Shown here in pieces: positions 47,649 through 57,096 of a stretch of 64,000 nt of DNA. Both the position numbers and the translations under genes were made by a program. Within the stretch, counting starts at the first letter, position 1. Each line of letters starts with the position of its first letter. The DNA is from an uncultured Verrucomicrobiae bacterium (lineage in GTDB: Bacteria; Verrucomicrobiota; Verrucomicrobiia; Chthoniobacterales; UBA10450): the NCBI GenBank assembly GCA_963735805.1, contig CAVTMK010000004.1:768001-832000 (forward strand), read 5' to 3'. Under the pieces are notes generated by a model. The model was given only the letters and a program-made list of their open reading frames with translations, had not been told where the DNA came from and searched no databases.

Positions 47649-48068
47649 CTATTCGCCAATGATTGTGAGCGAGATTTTTCGCCGATGCGGTGCGCGACGA
47701 TGTTCGAACAGGAAAATGCCCTGCCAGGTTCCCAGCTGCATTTCACCATCAACAATGGGTACTGTCTCGCTGGTACGCGTTAGCACCATGCGAATGTGCG
47801 ATGGCATGTCGTCGCTGCCTTCGGAGTCGTGCGTGAAATAATCCGCATCTTCGGGCACGAGCCGGTCGAAGAATTTTTCCAAATCGCGTCGCGCTGTGGG
47901 ATCAGCATTTTCCATGATGATCACGCTGCAACTGGTGTGCTGGACAAAAACGGTCGCCGTCCCGTCTTGTATACCGCACTGGCCGATCTTTAACTGCACT
48001 TCTTCCGTGATTTCGTAAAGTCCCTTGCCGTTGGTTCGAATCTCAATCCGATCGTGGCAGATGCTCAT
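47649..48068 (-). CDS. yjbQ: YjbQ/UPF0047 family protein
   Basis: HTSCS…ENADP, DMPSHI and LGTWQGIFLFEHR. Confidence 0.9.
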   Translation of the reverse strand: MSICHDRIEIRTNGKGLYEITEEVQLKIGQCGIQDGTATVFVQHTSCSVIIMENADPTARRDLEKFFDRLVPEDADYFTHDSEGSDDMPSHIRMVLTRTSETVPIVDGEMQLGTWQGIFLFEHRRAPHRRKISLTIIGE

Positions 48069-48213
48069 TGGTTTAGTGAAAGCTCCGTACCATTTCCGTG
48101 TGGAAAAATAAACAGAAAGAGGTTTCCGGCCGCTTCCGTCGGAATGACAAACAAGGCGGAATCAGGTTTATCGCGCGTTGATCTCTGCATCAGCTGATGC
48201 GTAATAGTCATTA

Positions 48214-48762
48214 GTGCGAGGCGATCTGGAAAGGGTGTTGTTTGATGAGCCGGCGATTCACCGGCGCTTGGATGATATGGCCGCGAAGATTTCCACGGAC
48301 TATAGCGAACAGGAATTAACTGTGATTGCAGTCTTGCATGGGAGCCTGATGTTCGTCGCAGACCTGCTTCGCCGAATTCCACTTCCCCTGAAGCTGGAGT
48401 GTCTCAGCGTGGCTAGTTATTATGGAAAAACCCAAACCAGCGGCGAGGTCGGTTTCAAACAGGTCACCGTCCCGGACATCGTGGGTCGCGATGTTTTGAT
48501 CGTAGACGATATTTTGGATAGCGGTCATACGCTCGCCGCGATTCGCGAAACGTTGGAGACGGCAAGGCCGAGCAGTATCCGGACGTGCGTGCTGTTGAGC
48601 AAAAAGAAACAACGCGCCCGGGAGGTCGATACAGATTATGTTGGATTTGAAATCGAAGACGAATTTGTGGTCGGTTACGGGCTCGATTTCAGGGAACGGT
48701 ATCGCAATCTGCCTTATATAGGAGTGCTGAGAAGAGAATTGCTGGAGCGACCGGACAGATGA
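48214..48762 (+). CDS. hpt: Hypoxanthine phosphoribosyltransferase
   Basis: VLIVDDILDSGHTL and FVVGYGLD…YRNLPYI. Confidence 0.95.
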   Translation: MRGDLERVLFDEPAIHRRLDDMAAKISTDYSEQELTVIAVLHGSLMFVADLLRRIPLPLKLECLSVASYYGKTQTSGEVGFKQVTVPDIVGRDVLIVDDILDSGHTLAAIRETLETARPSSIRTCVLLSKKKQRAREVDTDYVGFEIEDEFVVGYGLDFRERYRNLPYIGVLRRELLERPDR

Positions 48763-49004
48763 AGGTGCGATTACAATTTTACGCGCAATTGCGTGATCTG
48801 GTTGGAATGCGCGAGATGGATATCGATCTCGCGGAGGGCGCAACTGTCCGCGATCTGCTCGACGAAATCTATTCGCGACAACCCAAGCTTCGTTCGCATG
48901 ACAAAAGCATCTTGGTTGGCGTAGGCGTGGAATTCATAGATCGAAATTACAAACTTAAACCGGGCGAGGAGATTTCAGTCATGCCACCCGTGCAGGGCGG
49001 ATAA
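48759..49004 (+). CDS. MoaD/ThiS family sulfur carrier
   Basis: 81 aa ending PPVQGG. Confidence 0.9.
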   Translation: MKVRLQFYAQLRDLVGMREMDIDLAEGATVRDLLDEIYSRQPKLRSHDKSILVGVGVEFIDRNYKLKPGEEISVMPPVQGG

Positions 49005-49090
49005 GCTTGGCAGTGTGCATAAGACTGACCGCCTCCCTAACGCGAAAATGATCTAGCTTGAGGCGCGTCGATTCCGTGCGCGCTTCTAAT

Positions 49091-49576
49091 TCAGTCTCGG
49101 AAATTTTTGAAATTTGTGGCGACGCCAAAGTCACGGTTGCGGATAAATTGGATAACTGCCTGGAGGTCGTCCTTCTTTTTTCCCGTAACTCGAATCTGCC
49201 GATCCTGCAGTTGGCTTTGCACCTTGAAACCTTGCGACTTGATCGCCTGAATAATTTCCTTTGCCTTGTCGCCTTCGAGTCCCTGTTGAATCTTTAGTTC
49301 CTGTCGAGCGTGACCAACGGATGAAATGGCGGGATCGCCTTGTTCAATATTGCGCAAATCTACTCCGCGCTTCGAAAATTTGCCGATGAGAATCTCGCGT
49401 AGTCCCCGCAGAAAAGAAGCGTCCTGGGCGGTGAGCGTGATCCTGTCCTTCTCGGTAAGTATCTCGGTTGTAATGCCCTTGAAGTCGAACCGAGTGGCCA
49501 GTTCTTTGCGTGCCTGATTAACCGCATTATCAAGTTCCTGCTTATCCACTTCAGATACGATGTCGAACGAAGGCAT
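49091..49576 (-). CDS. yajQ: YajQ family nucleotide/c-di-GMP-binding protein
   Basis: MPSFDIVSEVD…RFDFKG…RVTGKKKDDLQ…NFRD. Confidence 0.95.
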   Translation of the reverse strand: MPSFDIVSEVDKQELDNAVNQARKELATRFDFKGITTEILTEKDRITLTAQDASFLRGLREILIGKFSKRGVDLRNIEQGDPAISSVGHARQELKIQQGLEGDKAKEIIQAIKSQGFKVQSQLQDRQIRVTGKKKDDLQAVIQFIRNRDFGVATNFKNFRD

Positions 49577-49634
49577 GGGAAGTCTGGATACTAGATACTT
49601 GATGCTCGATGCCGAATCCAACGCAAGCGGACCA

Positions 49635-50447
49635 TCATGGATTTGCCTCTATGATTCTGATATCACCATTCGCCGTGCGCAGCTTGATTGCGCTCCCTCC
49701 TCCGCCGTGAACTAGCATGTCGATCTTCGTAGTTCCTGCGAATACCGGTCGTGCGACTGGAGGATTATCAAAGTCGTTGTCGATTTTTCCGGACGCTGTT
49801 TCGGCAATGAGATGGAAGGCAGCATTCGTGGGAAGAAATGCCCAGGTGTTTCCCCGGGCGACATTGGCTTGGACCGAAAATGTTCCATGTTCCCACCAGT
49901 CGTAGGACACGGAGAGATTGCCGCGCTGCAGCGTGAGGTCGACATCGCTAAAGCAATTGTGCGCGATCATACGACCATCGCCTAACCAGGCATGCACACT
50001 TCGTCCACGCATTCCGTCCAGAAAGACTTCGCCAGCATCCAGCCGCAGTTGGGATATATTAGCGGTCGCAGGAACAACGAAGGTGCAATCCACCGTTCCG
50101 GATCGATCAAATAACGCCCACTTCGGTCTCGGAGGAAGTTTGACGTTGATTGAAGCAGAAGTTGGCCGCACAGAAACATCGATCGTGATCTGCCTCAGCC
50201 GCATGCGACTATAAGCTTTCTTCGTTGTCTGAACCCGCATTTCGTTTGTATTCGATCCGTAAATCAGAACGGCTCCATCATGGTTATGAATAGTTATGTC
50301 GGCGGTCGGCTGAATCGTGTAAAGCCGGTCGAAAGTTTCCTCCAAAACGGGACCATTCTCCGAGCCACAGCCAACAAGCGACAAGAACAGTACGGCAACA
50401 ATTTGCCGAAAGTGACGCCGCTTAGCGAGAGTTGATTGCACGCGCAA
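49635..50447 (-). CDS. DUF4097-like beta-strand repeat lipoprotein
   Basis: Lipobox LVGC; T-x-x-G-x-I repeats (TASGKI, TANGDI). Confidence 0.65.
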   Translation of the reverse strand: MRVQSTLAKRRHFRQIVAVLFLSLVGCGSENGPVLEETFDRLYTIQPTADITIHNHDGAVLIYGSNTNEMRVQTTKKAYSRMRLRQITIDVSVRPTSASINVKLPPRPKWALFDRSGTVDCTFVVPATANISQLRLDAGEVFLDGMRGRSVHAWLGDGRMIAHNCFSDVDLTLQRGNLSVSYDWWEHGTFSVQANVARGNTWAFLPTNAAFHLIAETASGKIDNDFDNPPVARPVFAGTTKIDMLVHGGGGSAIKLRTANGDIRIIEANP

Positions 50448-50521
50448 ACTCTATCAGCGCGTGCAGGTTGTTCATCAAGCCAAGAGCTGCGGTGTCGCAG
50501 CCGAGTCAGGCAATCGAACGG

Positions 50522-52057
50522 CTAAACCCAAAGCGTCCGGTCGAATGTGCGATATTGAATCGCTTCGCTCACGTGCTCGGGTGAGATCTCAGTCTTGCCT
50601 TCGAGATCGGCGATAGTGCGCGAAACTTTCAGAATACGATCATACGCGCGGGCGCTTAGATTCAATTCGTTCATGGCCACGCGAATCAGTTCCTGCGAAT
50701 CCGGACTAAGTTTGCAGTGCTGCTTCAGGTGCCGGGTGGCCATGCGCGCGTTACTATTTATTTTTGCATCGCCGCGAAAGCGTTCTTGTTGACGTTGACG
50801 TGCAAGAACAACGCGCTCACGGATCGTGGCGGACGGTTCTTCGGCACGTTCGCTGGCAACGTCTCTATACTCGACGGCTGGGACTTCAATGTGCAGATCG
50901 ATGCGATCCAGCAACGGGCCCGAAACGCGCTGGCGATAGCGCTGCACCTGCGTCGGACCGCACCGGCATTCGCGCTTGAGGTCGCCAAAGTAGCCACACG
51001 GGCACGGATTCATAGCGGCAACGAGCATAAACTCCGAGGGAAAAGTGACGCTGCCGGCCGCACGGGACACGGTAACTTTTCCGTCTTCGAGTGGCTGGCG
51101 CATTACCTCCAACGCCGATCTTTTAAATTCAGGCAGCTCATCAAGGAAGAGGACTCCATTGTGGGCGAGACTGACTTCGCCCGGATTCGGGAACGCGCCA
51201 CCGCCCAGCAGCCCAATGTCACTGATGGTATGATGCGGCGGGCGAAATGGTCGCGTGGAGACGAACGATTTTTCGGCATCGAGCAGACCGGCGATGCTGT
51301 GGATCTTTGTCGTCTCGATCGCTTCCTCGAGTGAAAGAGGCGGAATGATGGTAGGAATACGTTTGGCCAGCATCGACTTTCCAGAGCCGGGCGGGCCAAC
51401 CATCAGGATATTGTGACCTCCGGCGACCGCGACTTCAATCGCCCGTTTGACGTGCCGCTGGCCTTTTACGTCTCCGAAATCGACGTCATAACTTTGATGG
51501 GCGGCAAAAAACCTGGTTAAATCAGCGCGCGTCGGAAGTAGTGGACCTTCGCCTCGCAAAAATCCGAATGTCTGTCGCAGATTTTGTACTCCGTAGATAT
51601 CGATTTTATCGACCATGGCGGCTTCTAGCGCGTTTATTTCGGGGACAAACAACGCGCGCTTGCCGCGACGCCGCGCCTCCAAGGCAACCGGCAAAACGCC
51701 TTTCACGGCTCGGACCGCCCCATCCAAGGCAAGCTCGCCTACAAAGCTGAAGTTTTCGAACGGCGAGCTGTCTAGTCCTTCTGTGACAGCGATCATTCCA
51801 AGGGCGATTGGTAGATCAAAGCTGGGTCCTTCTTTTTTGATATCGGCCGGAGCAAGGTTGATCGTCGTACGCCCCCGCGGCCAATAGTAACCGCTGTTTG
51901 CAATGGCTGTGGTAACTCGATCGCGGCTTTCCCTGACAGCAGCATCAGGCAGTCCAACAATAACGATGTTCGGGTCACCGCCAGCGCCGTTAACCTCAAT
52001 CTCCACCTCGTATGCATCCACGCCGTAAACAGCCGCCGAGTAAATTTTCGCCAGCAT
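50522..52057 (-). CDS. comM: YifB/ComM Mg-chelatase-like AAA+ ATPase
   Basis: [32 protein letters not shown] and AMNPCPCG. Confidence 0.93.
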   Translation of the reverse strand: MLAKIYSAAVYGVDAYEVEIEVNGAGGDPNIVIVGLPDAAVRESRDRVTTAIANSGYYWPRGRTTINLAPADIKKEGPSFDLPIALGMIAVTEGLDSSPFENFSFVGELALDGAVRAVKGVLPVALEARRRGKRALFVPEINALEAAMVDKIDIYGVQNLRQTFGFLRGEGPLLPTRADLTRFFAAHQSYDVDFGDVKGQRHVKRAIEVAVAGGHNILMVGPPGSGKSMLAKRIPTIIPPLSLEEAIETTKIHSIAGLLDAEKSFVSTRPFRPPHHTISDIGLLGGGAFPNPGEVSLAHNGVLFLDELPEFKRSALEVMRQPLEDGKVTVSRAAGSVTFPSEFMLVAAMNPCPCGYFGDLKRECRCGPTQVQRYRQRVSGPLLDRIDLHIEVPAVEYRDVASERAEEPSATIRERVVLARQRQQERFRGDAKINSNARMATRHLKQHCKLSPDSQELIRVAMNELNLSARAYDRILKVSRTIADLEGKTEISPEHVSEAIQYRTFDRTLWV

Positions 52058-52248
52058 TGCCGTTGCAGAGTCGCAGAAAATTCTCGCGCCGAGAAGTGTG
52101 AAATATCCCTCTAAAGTGGGATGTATCCCAAGTCTACAAATCTCGTAGAATAGTTAGGGGTTCGTTCTAGACAGCTCTCGGAAACGCAGAGGAACCAGAA
52201 CCCAAAAAGATTGAACAGGAGGCGTCAAAGCATTGTCACTACTCAGAA

Positions 52249-52286
52249 TATTTAACCTTGTTAAATACTTCCCAGGATGCTACAAC
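52249..52286 (+). promoter_or_regulatory. Putative sigma-70 promoter with overlapping palindromic operator
   Basis: TTGTTA-N17-TACAAC with extended TG; TATTTAAC-ctt-GTTAAATA overlaps the -35. Confidence 0.45.
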
Positions 52287-52367
52287 GCGTGATCGATAGG
52301 CCTGCGAGGAAAAGTAAGGCAAATTGTCGATTCAACCCCCCCAAAATGTTTGATGAAAAAGAGTTAT

Positions 52368-53222
52368 ATGGCTGCTGAAGATAGCGATACCGGAATTAAG
52401 ATCTACCTGCGCGAGATAGGGCAAATCCCGCTCTTGACGCCCGACCAGGAGATCGAGCTGGCTGCCAAAATTAAGAAGGGCGACCGCGAAGCGCGAGCGT
52501 TGATGATTCGCTCCAATTTACGTTTGGTCGTCAAGATTGCGCATGACTACGCGAATCTTGGTCTGCCACTTCTCGATCTGATCTCAGAGGGGAACATAGG
52601 TTTGATGAAGGCGGTGGAACGCTTCGATCCGGCGAAAGGCGGAAAACTCAGCACCTACGCCGCGTGGTGGATCAAACAGTCCATCAAACGGGCACTGGCG
52701 AACCAGAGCAAAACGATCCGTTTGCCGGTCCATCTGGTGGATAAGATCTCAAAGATGCGCCGCGTCTCGCTGCAAATGAGCGAAGAGCTTGGCCGCGAAC
52801 CCACGGACGAGGAGCTTGGGGACGAGATTGGAATCGCGAGCGGGAAAGTATCTCAGCTCAAAACTGTGTCGATCCGGCCAGCGTCGCTTGACGCGCCGAT
52901 TAGCGACGATGATTCCACCGAGTTTGGCGAGATCGTCGGCGACGAAGACGCGCAGACGCCATTTGAATTGTTGCGTGACAAGAATCTACGTAACGAAGTT
53001 GGCGGCTTACTGGACGTGCTCGATGATCGCGAGAAGAAGATCATTTTCCAACGCTTCGGGCTCGATGGCGGCAAACCGAAAACGCTAGAGGAAGTGGGTA
53101 AGAAATTCGGCGTTACCCGCGAACGAATTCGTCAGCTGCAAAACATTGCGCTCTCGAAGTTACGCCGCGCACTCAGCAAAAAGGAGCGCCCCGTCGACGT
53201 GGAGTTGCCGGTGGAAGCTTAA
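52368..53222 (+). CDS. RpoD/SigA-family sigma-70 factor lacking region 1.1
   Basis: NLRLVVKIA, DLISEGNIGLMKAVERFDP, STYAAWWIKQ and TLEEVG…VTRERIRQ. Confidence 0.93.
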   Translation: MAAEDSDTGIKIYLREIGQIPLLTPDQEIELAAKIKKGDREARALMIRSNLRLVVKIAHDYANLGLPLLDLISEGNIGLMKAVERFDPAKGGKLSTYAAWWIKQSIKRALANQSKTIRLPVHLVDKISKMRRVSLQMSEELGREPTDEELGDEIGIASGKVSQLKTVSIRPASLDAPISDDDSTEFGEIVGDEDAQTPFELLRDKNLRNEVGGLLDVLDDREKKIIFQRFGLDGGKPKTLEEVGKKFGVTRERIRQLQNIALSKLRRALSKKERPVDVELPVEA

Positions 53223-53243
53223 GCGGATTGATATTCTCGTTTT

Positions 53244-53273
53244 AGAACGCGCGGACGCGAGTCCGCGCGTTCT
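53244..53273. terminator. Bidirectional hairpin terminator
   Basis: 13-bp perfect stem AGAACGCGCGGAC-gcga-GTCCGCGCGTTCT between convergent genes. Confidence 0.75.
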
Positions 53274-53275
53274 TG

Positions 53276-54679
53276 TTATTGCATCACACGCAGTTGAATC
53301 GAATCGATTAGTGCGCGGCCCATTCGCACGTCACTGACGATCACCATGCGATTTCCGGTCGTAGCCAACTTGTTCTTGCGCAAAAACTTCTCGGCTGCTG
53401 CGATTGTTTTCTGCGGATCGTCGGTGAAATCGATACAGACAGGAAAGGTTCCCCAATACAGCGCGAGTTGTCGATAGACTTCCGCGCTCGGAGTGAAAGC
53501 AAAGACCGGCGCGTGTTGCGGCCTCAGATTCGAGGCATACTGCGCCATCCGTCCGTGCAGCGTGAAGACAATCAGCTTCGAATCTCGCATCGAGTTCGCC
53601 AGCCCGACGGCGGCCGCTACCATTTTCTGCCGAACGTTTTCCAAGAGTGCCTTTTCCGCATAACCTGCGCCGCCACTGCGCTCGATGCGCACTGCCACTC
53701 GCCGCAAGACTTCAACGCATTCAATCGGGTAACGACCGATCGTCGTTTCGCCGCTCAGCATCAACGCGTCCGCCTCTTCGAAAACCGCATTTGCCACATC
53801 GGTGATCTCAGCGCGCGTCGGCAGAGGATTGGTGATCATCGATTCTAATAACTGAGTGGCGACTATGACCGGCTTGCCCAGGCGAAGACAATGCTTCACG
53901 ATACGGCGTTGGATGATGGGCAAATCCTCGATTGGGCATTCGATTCCCAAGTCGCCGCGCGCGACCATGATTACATCCGCACTCTCTATCATCTTGTCGA
54001 TTGATCGTACCGCCAGTTGATCCTCGATTTTCGCCACGATCTGCGCCTTGCTCTTTTTTCGAGACAATAGCTTTCGCAGTTGTTCTATGTCGCCTTTTTC
54101 GCGCACAAAACTCAGTCCGATGAAATCGGCGCCCATTTCAACTCCAATGGAAATGTCAGCGAGGTCCTTGGCCGTGAGCGAAGGGAGATTTACGCGGACA
54201 CCAGGCAGATTAATGTGACGTCGCGAACCGAGTGTAGCGGGTGTCAAAACTTTGCAACGCACACGATTTTTTCCCTTGTCGAGCACGAGCAATTTGATCA
54301 AGCCATTATCAACCAAAATAGTATTGCCAACCGTCACGTCCTCGACGAACCCGCCGTAGTTCACGTCCACCGAATAGCGCTCCTTGCCCTTCGCGCCACG
54401 CACAGTGAACTCCAGAATGTCACCTGGCTTTAGGTGCAAGGCGGCTTTCAGGTCGCCGGTCCGGATAGCCGGGCCTTGCGTATCGAATAAGAGGGCAACC
54501 GGACGTCCCGCCTCTTGTGCCAGCCGTCGGATGCGCGGAACGATGTCGCGGACCCAGTCATGGCTGGCATGGCTCATGTTTAATCTGAAAACATCGCTGC
54601 CTTTCTGGATCAGTTGACGCAACACCTCGGTCTTTTCCGTGGCCGGACCGAGTGTGCAAATGATCTTGGTTTTGCGCAT
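53276..54679 (-). CDS. pyk: Pyruvate kinase
   Basis: TKIICTLGP, RLNMSH, AKIE, MVARGDLG and PTRAE…DVANA. Confidence 0.97.
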   Translation of the reverse strand: MRKTKIICTLGPATEKTEVLRQLIQKGSDVFRLNMSHASHDWVRDIVPRIRRLAQEAGRPVALLFDTQGPAIRTGDLKAALHLKPGDILEFTVRGAKGKERYSVDVNYGGFVEDVTVGNTILVDNGLIKLLVLDKGKNRVRCKVLTPATLGSRRHINLPGVRVNLPSLTAKDLADISIGVEMGADFIGLSFVREKGDIEQLRKLLSRKKSKAQIVAKIEDQLAVRSIDKMIESADVIMVARGDLGIECPIEDLPIIQRRIVKHCLRLGKPVIVATQLLESMITNPLPTRAEITDVANAVFEEADALMLSGETTIGRYPIECVEVLRRVAVRIERSGGAGYAEKALLENVRQKMVAAAVGLANSMRDSKLIVFTLHGRMAQYASNLRPQHAPVFAFTPSAEVYRQLALYWGTFPVCIDFTDDPQKTIAAAEKFLRKNKLATTGNRMVIVSDVRMGRALIDSIQLRVMQ

Positions 54680-54774
54680 CGATTAGAGAATTGAGTTTTG
54701 GATTGTAAAAGCCAAGACGCTTTTGAGTGGCGCAACTCTTTCAATCCGGGTGCACTACCCGGGAAGATCGCACC

Positions 54775-54808
54775 AAAAAAAAGCGGCACGCTTTTGGAGG
54801 CGTGCCGC
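54775..54808 (-). terminator. Rho-independent terminator
   Basis: Minus strand GCGGCACGC-loop-GCGTGCCGC followed by T8. Confidence 0.8.
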
Positions 54809-54830
54809 ATTGTGCAGTCAATACCTTTAC

Positions 54831-55343
54831 TTATTGCAGCTTGCCCTGCGTTTCTTTGGCCAGATCAAGATGTTCCTGGATTATCTTGGCCGTGTCGTCC
54901 GCAAACTTTTTCACGTCGGGATCGCTTCCGCCGCTAGCTTCCTCCTTAAATTCGGCCAGGTCCTTTTCGTGGTCCTTCACCATTGCGTCCATGTAAGCCT
55001 TGTCCGAACTCCATTTTCCGGTGTGCTCTTTGTTTGAAAGTTTCACACCTTTTTGCTCGGCGATCGATTTCAGCTCGTCGTTCGCCTTACTATGATCGGT
55101 GACCATTCGCTTACCGAATGATTTTACGTCTTCACTTTGGGCGTTTTGTTCAGCCGTTTTTCCCATGGCGACTTCCATCATCCCGCCCTTCGCGGCTTTC
55201 TTCATGAAAGTCTTGTCTTTTTCGCTGACTGAAGAACTCTTCGCTGAATCGCTTTGTGCCATAGCCGCTCCGGCCAGGCAAAACGATCCAACTATCAGAG
55301 GAAGAACGAGAAACTTTGAGATAACTTTGATTGTAATTTTCAT
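54831..55343 (-). CDS. DUF4142 family exported protein
   Basis: Signal peptide; DKTFMKKAA…EV…RMVTDH…DKAY…MVKDH…HLDLA. Confidence 0.85.
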   Translation of the reverse strand: MKITIKVISKFLVLPLIVGSFCLAGAAMAQSDSAKSSSVSEKDKTFMKKAAKGGMMEVAMGKTAEQNAQSEDVKSFGKRMVTDHSKANDELKSIAEQKGVKLSNKEHTGKWSSDKAYMDAMVKDHEKDLAEFKEEASGGSDPDVKKFADDTAKIIQEHLDLAKETQGKLQ

Positions 55344-55509
55344 ATCTTTTCCCTTAGAAACATGCCGGAACGGGTCCGGCATTTAAGAATCGAAAATCGG
55401 CGTCACCTCGGACGTGGTCAGTTTCGACTTGCGCTCTCTCTTATGCTCGTGTTCAGATCGCTTCAGGAACACGAAGCTCTCCACAGCTACTGTTCATTAT
55501 CCGGCACGC

Positions 55510-56919
55510 TTAGGAGATATTCTGCTCGTACGAGCTTTCTACGCGGGTCGCCACGTCTTTGTATCCGTGTTCTACCTCATAAATCTGTTTCATACAGGCG
55601 AGCGATTTTTCCTTTTCACTCATCCGCTCATAAACAAGTCCAAGATTGTAGACGATCTCTTTCTTCATCGCATCCATTGGCAGGATTTCCTTTGAGGCCT
55701 CTTCCAGTTGTTTAGTTGCAAGGTCCAGCATCCCAAGCTCGCCGTAACAGCAGCCGAGCAGGTTCATCGCTTTCAAACGCGCGTGCGGATTTTGCCGTGC
55801 CCGCTGCAATTCCGGTACGGCTTCGCGAAAACGCCCGGCACTGACGAGGTGCTGGCCCAACTCGAACCGAAGCTGGAGATCCGTCGGATTTCGAGCCGCG
55901 CGTTCACGTGCGTTTGCAATGAGAATTTCTGCCCGCTTCGCTTTGGCGGCCTTCAGTTCTTCAGATTTTCTTGCATGCGACTCATAGGCTGGATCGTGTG
56001 TTGACAAGAATTCCTCATGCGCAGCGATTTCGCGCTCCAGGCATTTGATTTTCAAATCGGAAGCCTTTCGGACTAATCCAACGTCCGCGCCTTTGGTCAG
56101 GTCGGCCGCGCATTGATACCAGCCGATCGCTGCCTCCAGGTCTTCCTTTTGCTCATTCAACGCACCTAAGCGTCGCACTAGGTCGACGTTTGCCGGCTCC
56201 GCCTTATGACGGGCGTACGTTTCGGCGATCTGTTTGTCGAGCGATTCACCGGTCAATCGCATGCGGGTTTGTTGCTCGAGCGAAATCGCCATTTCCTTAT
56301 CCTTGATTAAGTCGCGATAACTTTCCGCCTGAGTCCATCCACCGCTCTTCATGGACGCGTGGGCTGCCGCGTCTTTACCCAAACGGAGCGCTTGGGCATC
56401 GAGTGGATTTATCTCGATGATTTGGCTATACACTTCGACCTCCTGGTCGTTTTCTCCAAGCTCGTGGTACAAACGCCCCAACTCGTGCAGAACTTTGACA
56501 TCTCGCGGATTTTCCTCCAGTAACGTCCGAAGAGCGAAAACGCCGATCTCTGGCCAACACGCTGCTATCGCAGCCTCTCTTAAAGCCAGGTTCGCCGGCC
56601 GATTGTAAGGTTCGTCCTCCAGCACCTTCTCCAACATTTCAATGGCGCGTTTCGGATCTTTCTTGACCTCTCGCTGGGCCTTCATGACGGCGATTGGCGC
56701 CGTGGAGATATTGAGAAAGCTTTTTTTGGATGCCTTGTTTTTTGTGACTTCGGTGCGCCGGAGCAACTGTCGTCCGGTCAGAAATTGCGGTTCCTGTTTC
56801 AGGATTTCCTGCAAAAGCGAGATTGCGTAACCGAGATTGCGCAGCTCCACCGCGGCAACCGCCTTGAGCCACAGACTGCGCTGTGTCTCATTCAGTTCCT
56901 TTTCCGTCTTAACCGCCAT
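55510..56919 (-). CDS. TPR-containing protein
   Basis: Helical TPR-like repeats throughout. Confidence 0.75.
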   Translation of the reverse strand: MAVKTEKELNETQRSLWLKAVAAVELRNLGYAISLLQEILKQEPQFLTGRQLLRRTEVTKNKASKKSFLNISTAPIAVMKAQREVKKDPKRAIEMLEKVLEDEPYNRPANLALREAAIAACWPEIGVFALRTLLEENPRDVKVLHELGRLYHELGENDQEVEVYSQIIEINPLDAQALRLGKDAAAHASMKSGGWTQAESYRDLIKDKEMAISLEQQTRMRLTGESLDKQIAETYARHKAEPANVDLVRRLGALNEQKEDLEAAIGWYQCAADLTKGADVGLVRKASDLKIKCLEREIAAHEEFLSTHDPAYESHARKSEELKAAKAKRAEILIANARERAARNPTDLQLRFELGQHLVSAGRFREAVPELQRARQNPHARLKAMNLLGCCYGELGMLDLATKQLEEASKEILPMDAMKKEIVYNLGLVYERMSEKEKSLACMKQIYEVEHGYKDVATRVESSYEQNIS

Positions 56920-57096
56920 CGCGAATAGCTTACCACAATATGCAATTCCGCTGTCGCGCCTGTTTCGTCGGAGTCGGGCATGTAAGCCGGGACGGTCTGT
57001 CTAAAAATGACGCGCGCTCCTCGGGATAAGTAAGTTAACCAACCGGTGATGCGAATTTTGGAGGAAGCCCGTCTTCCACTGCGCAAGGACTCGACT

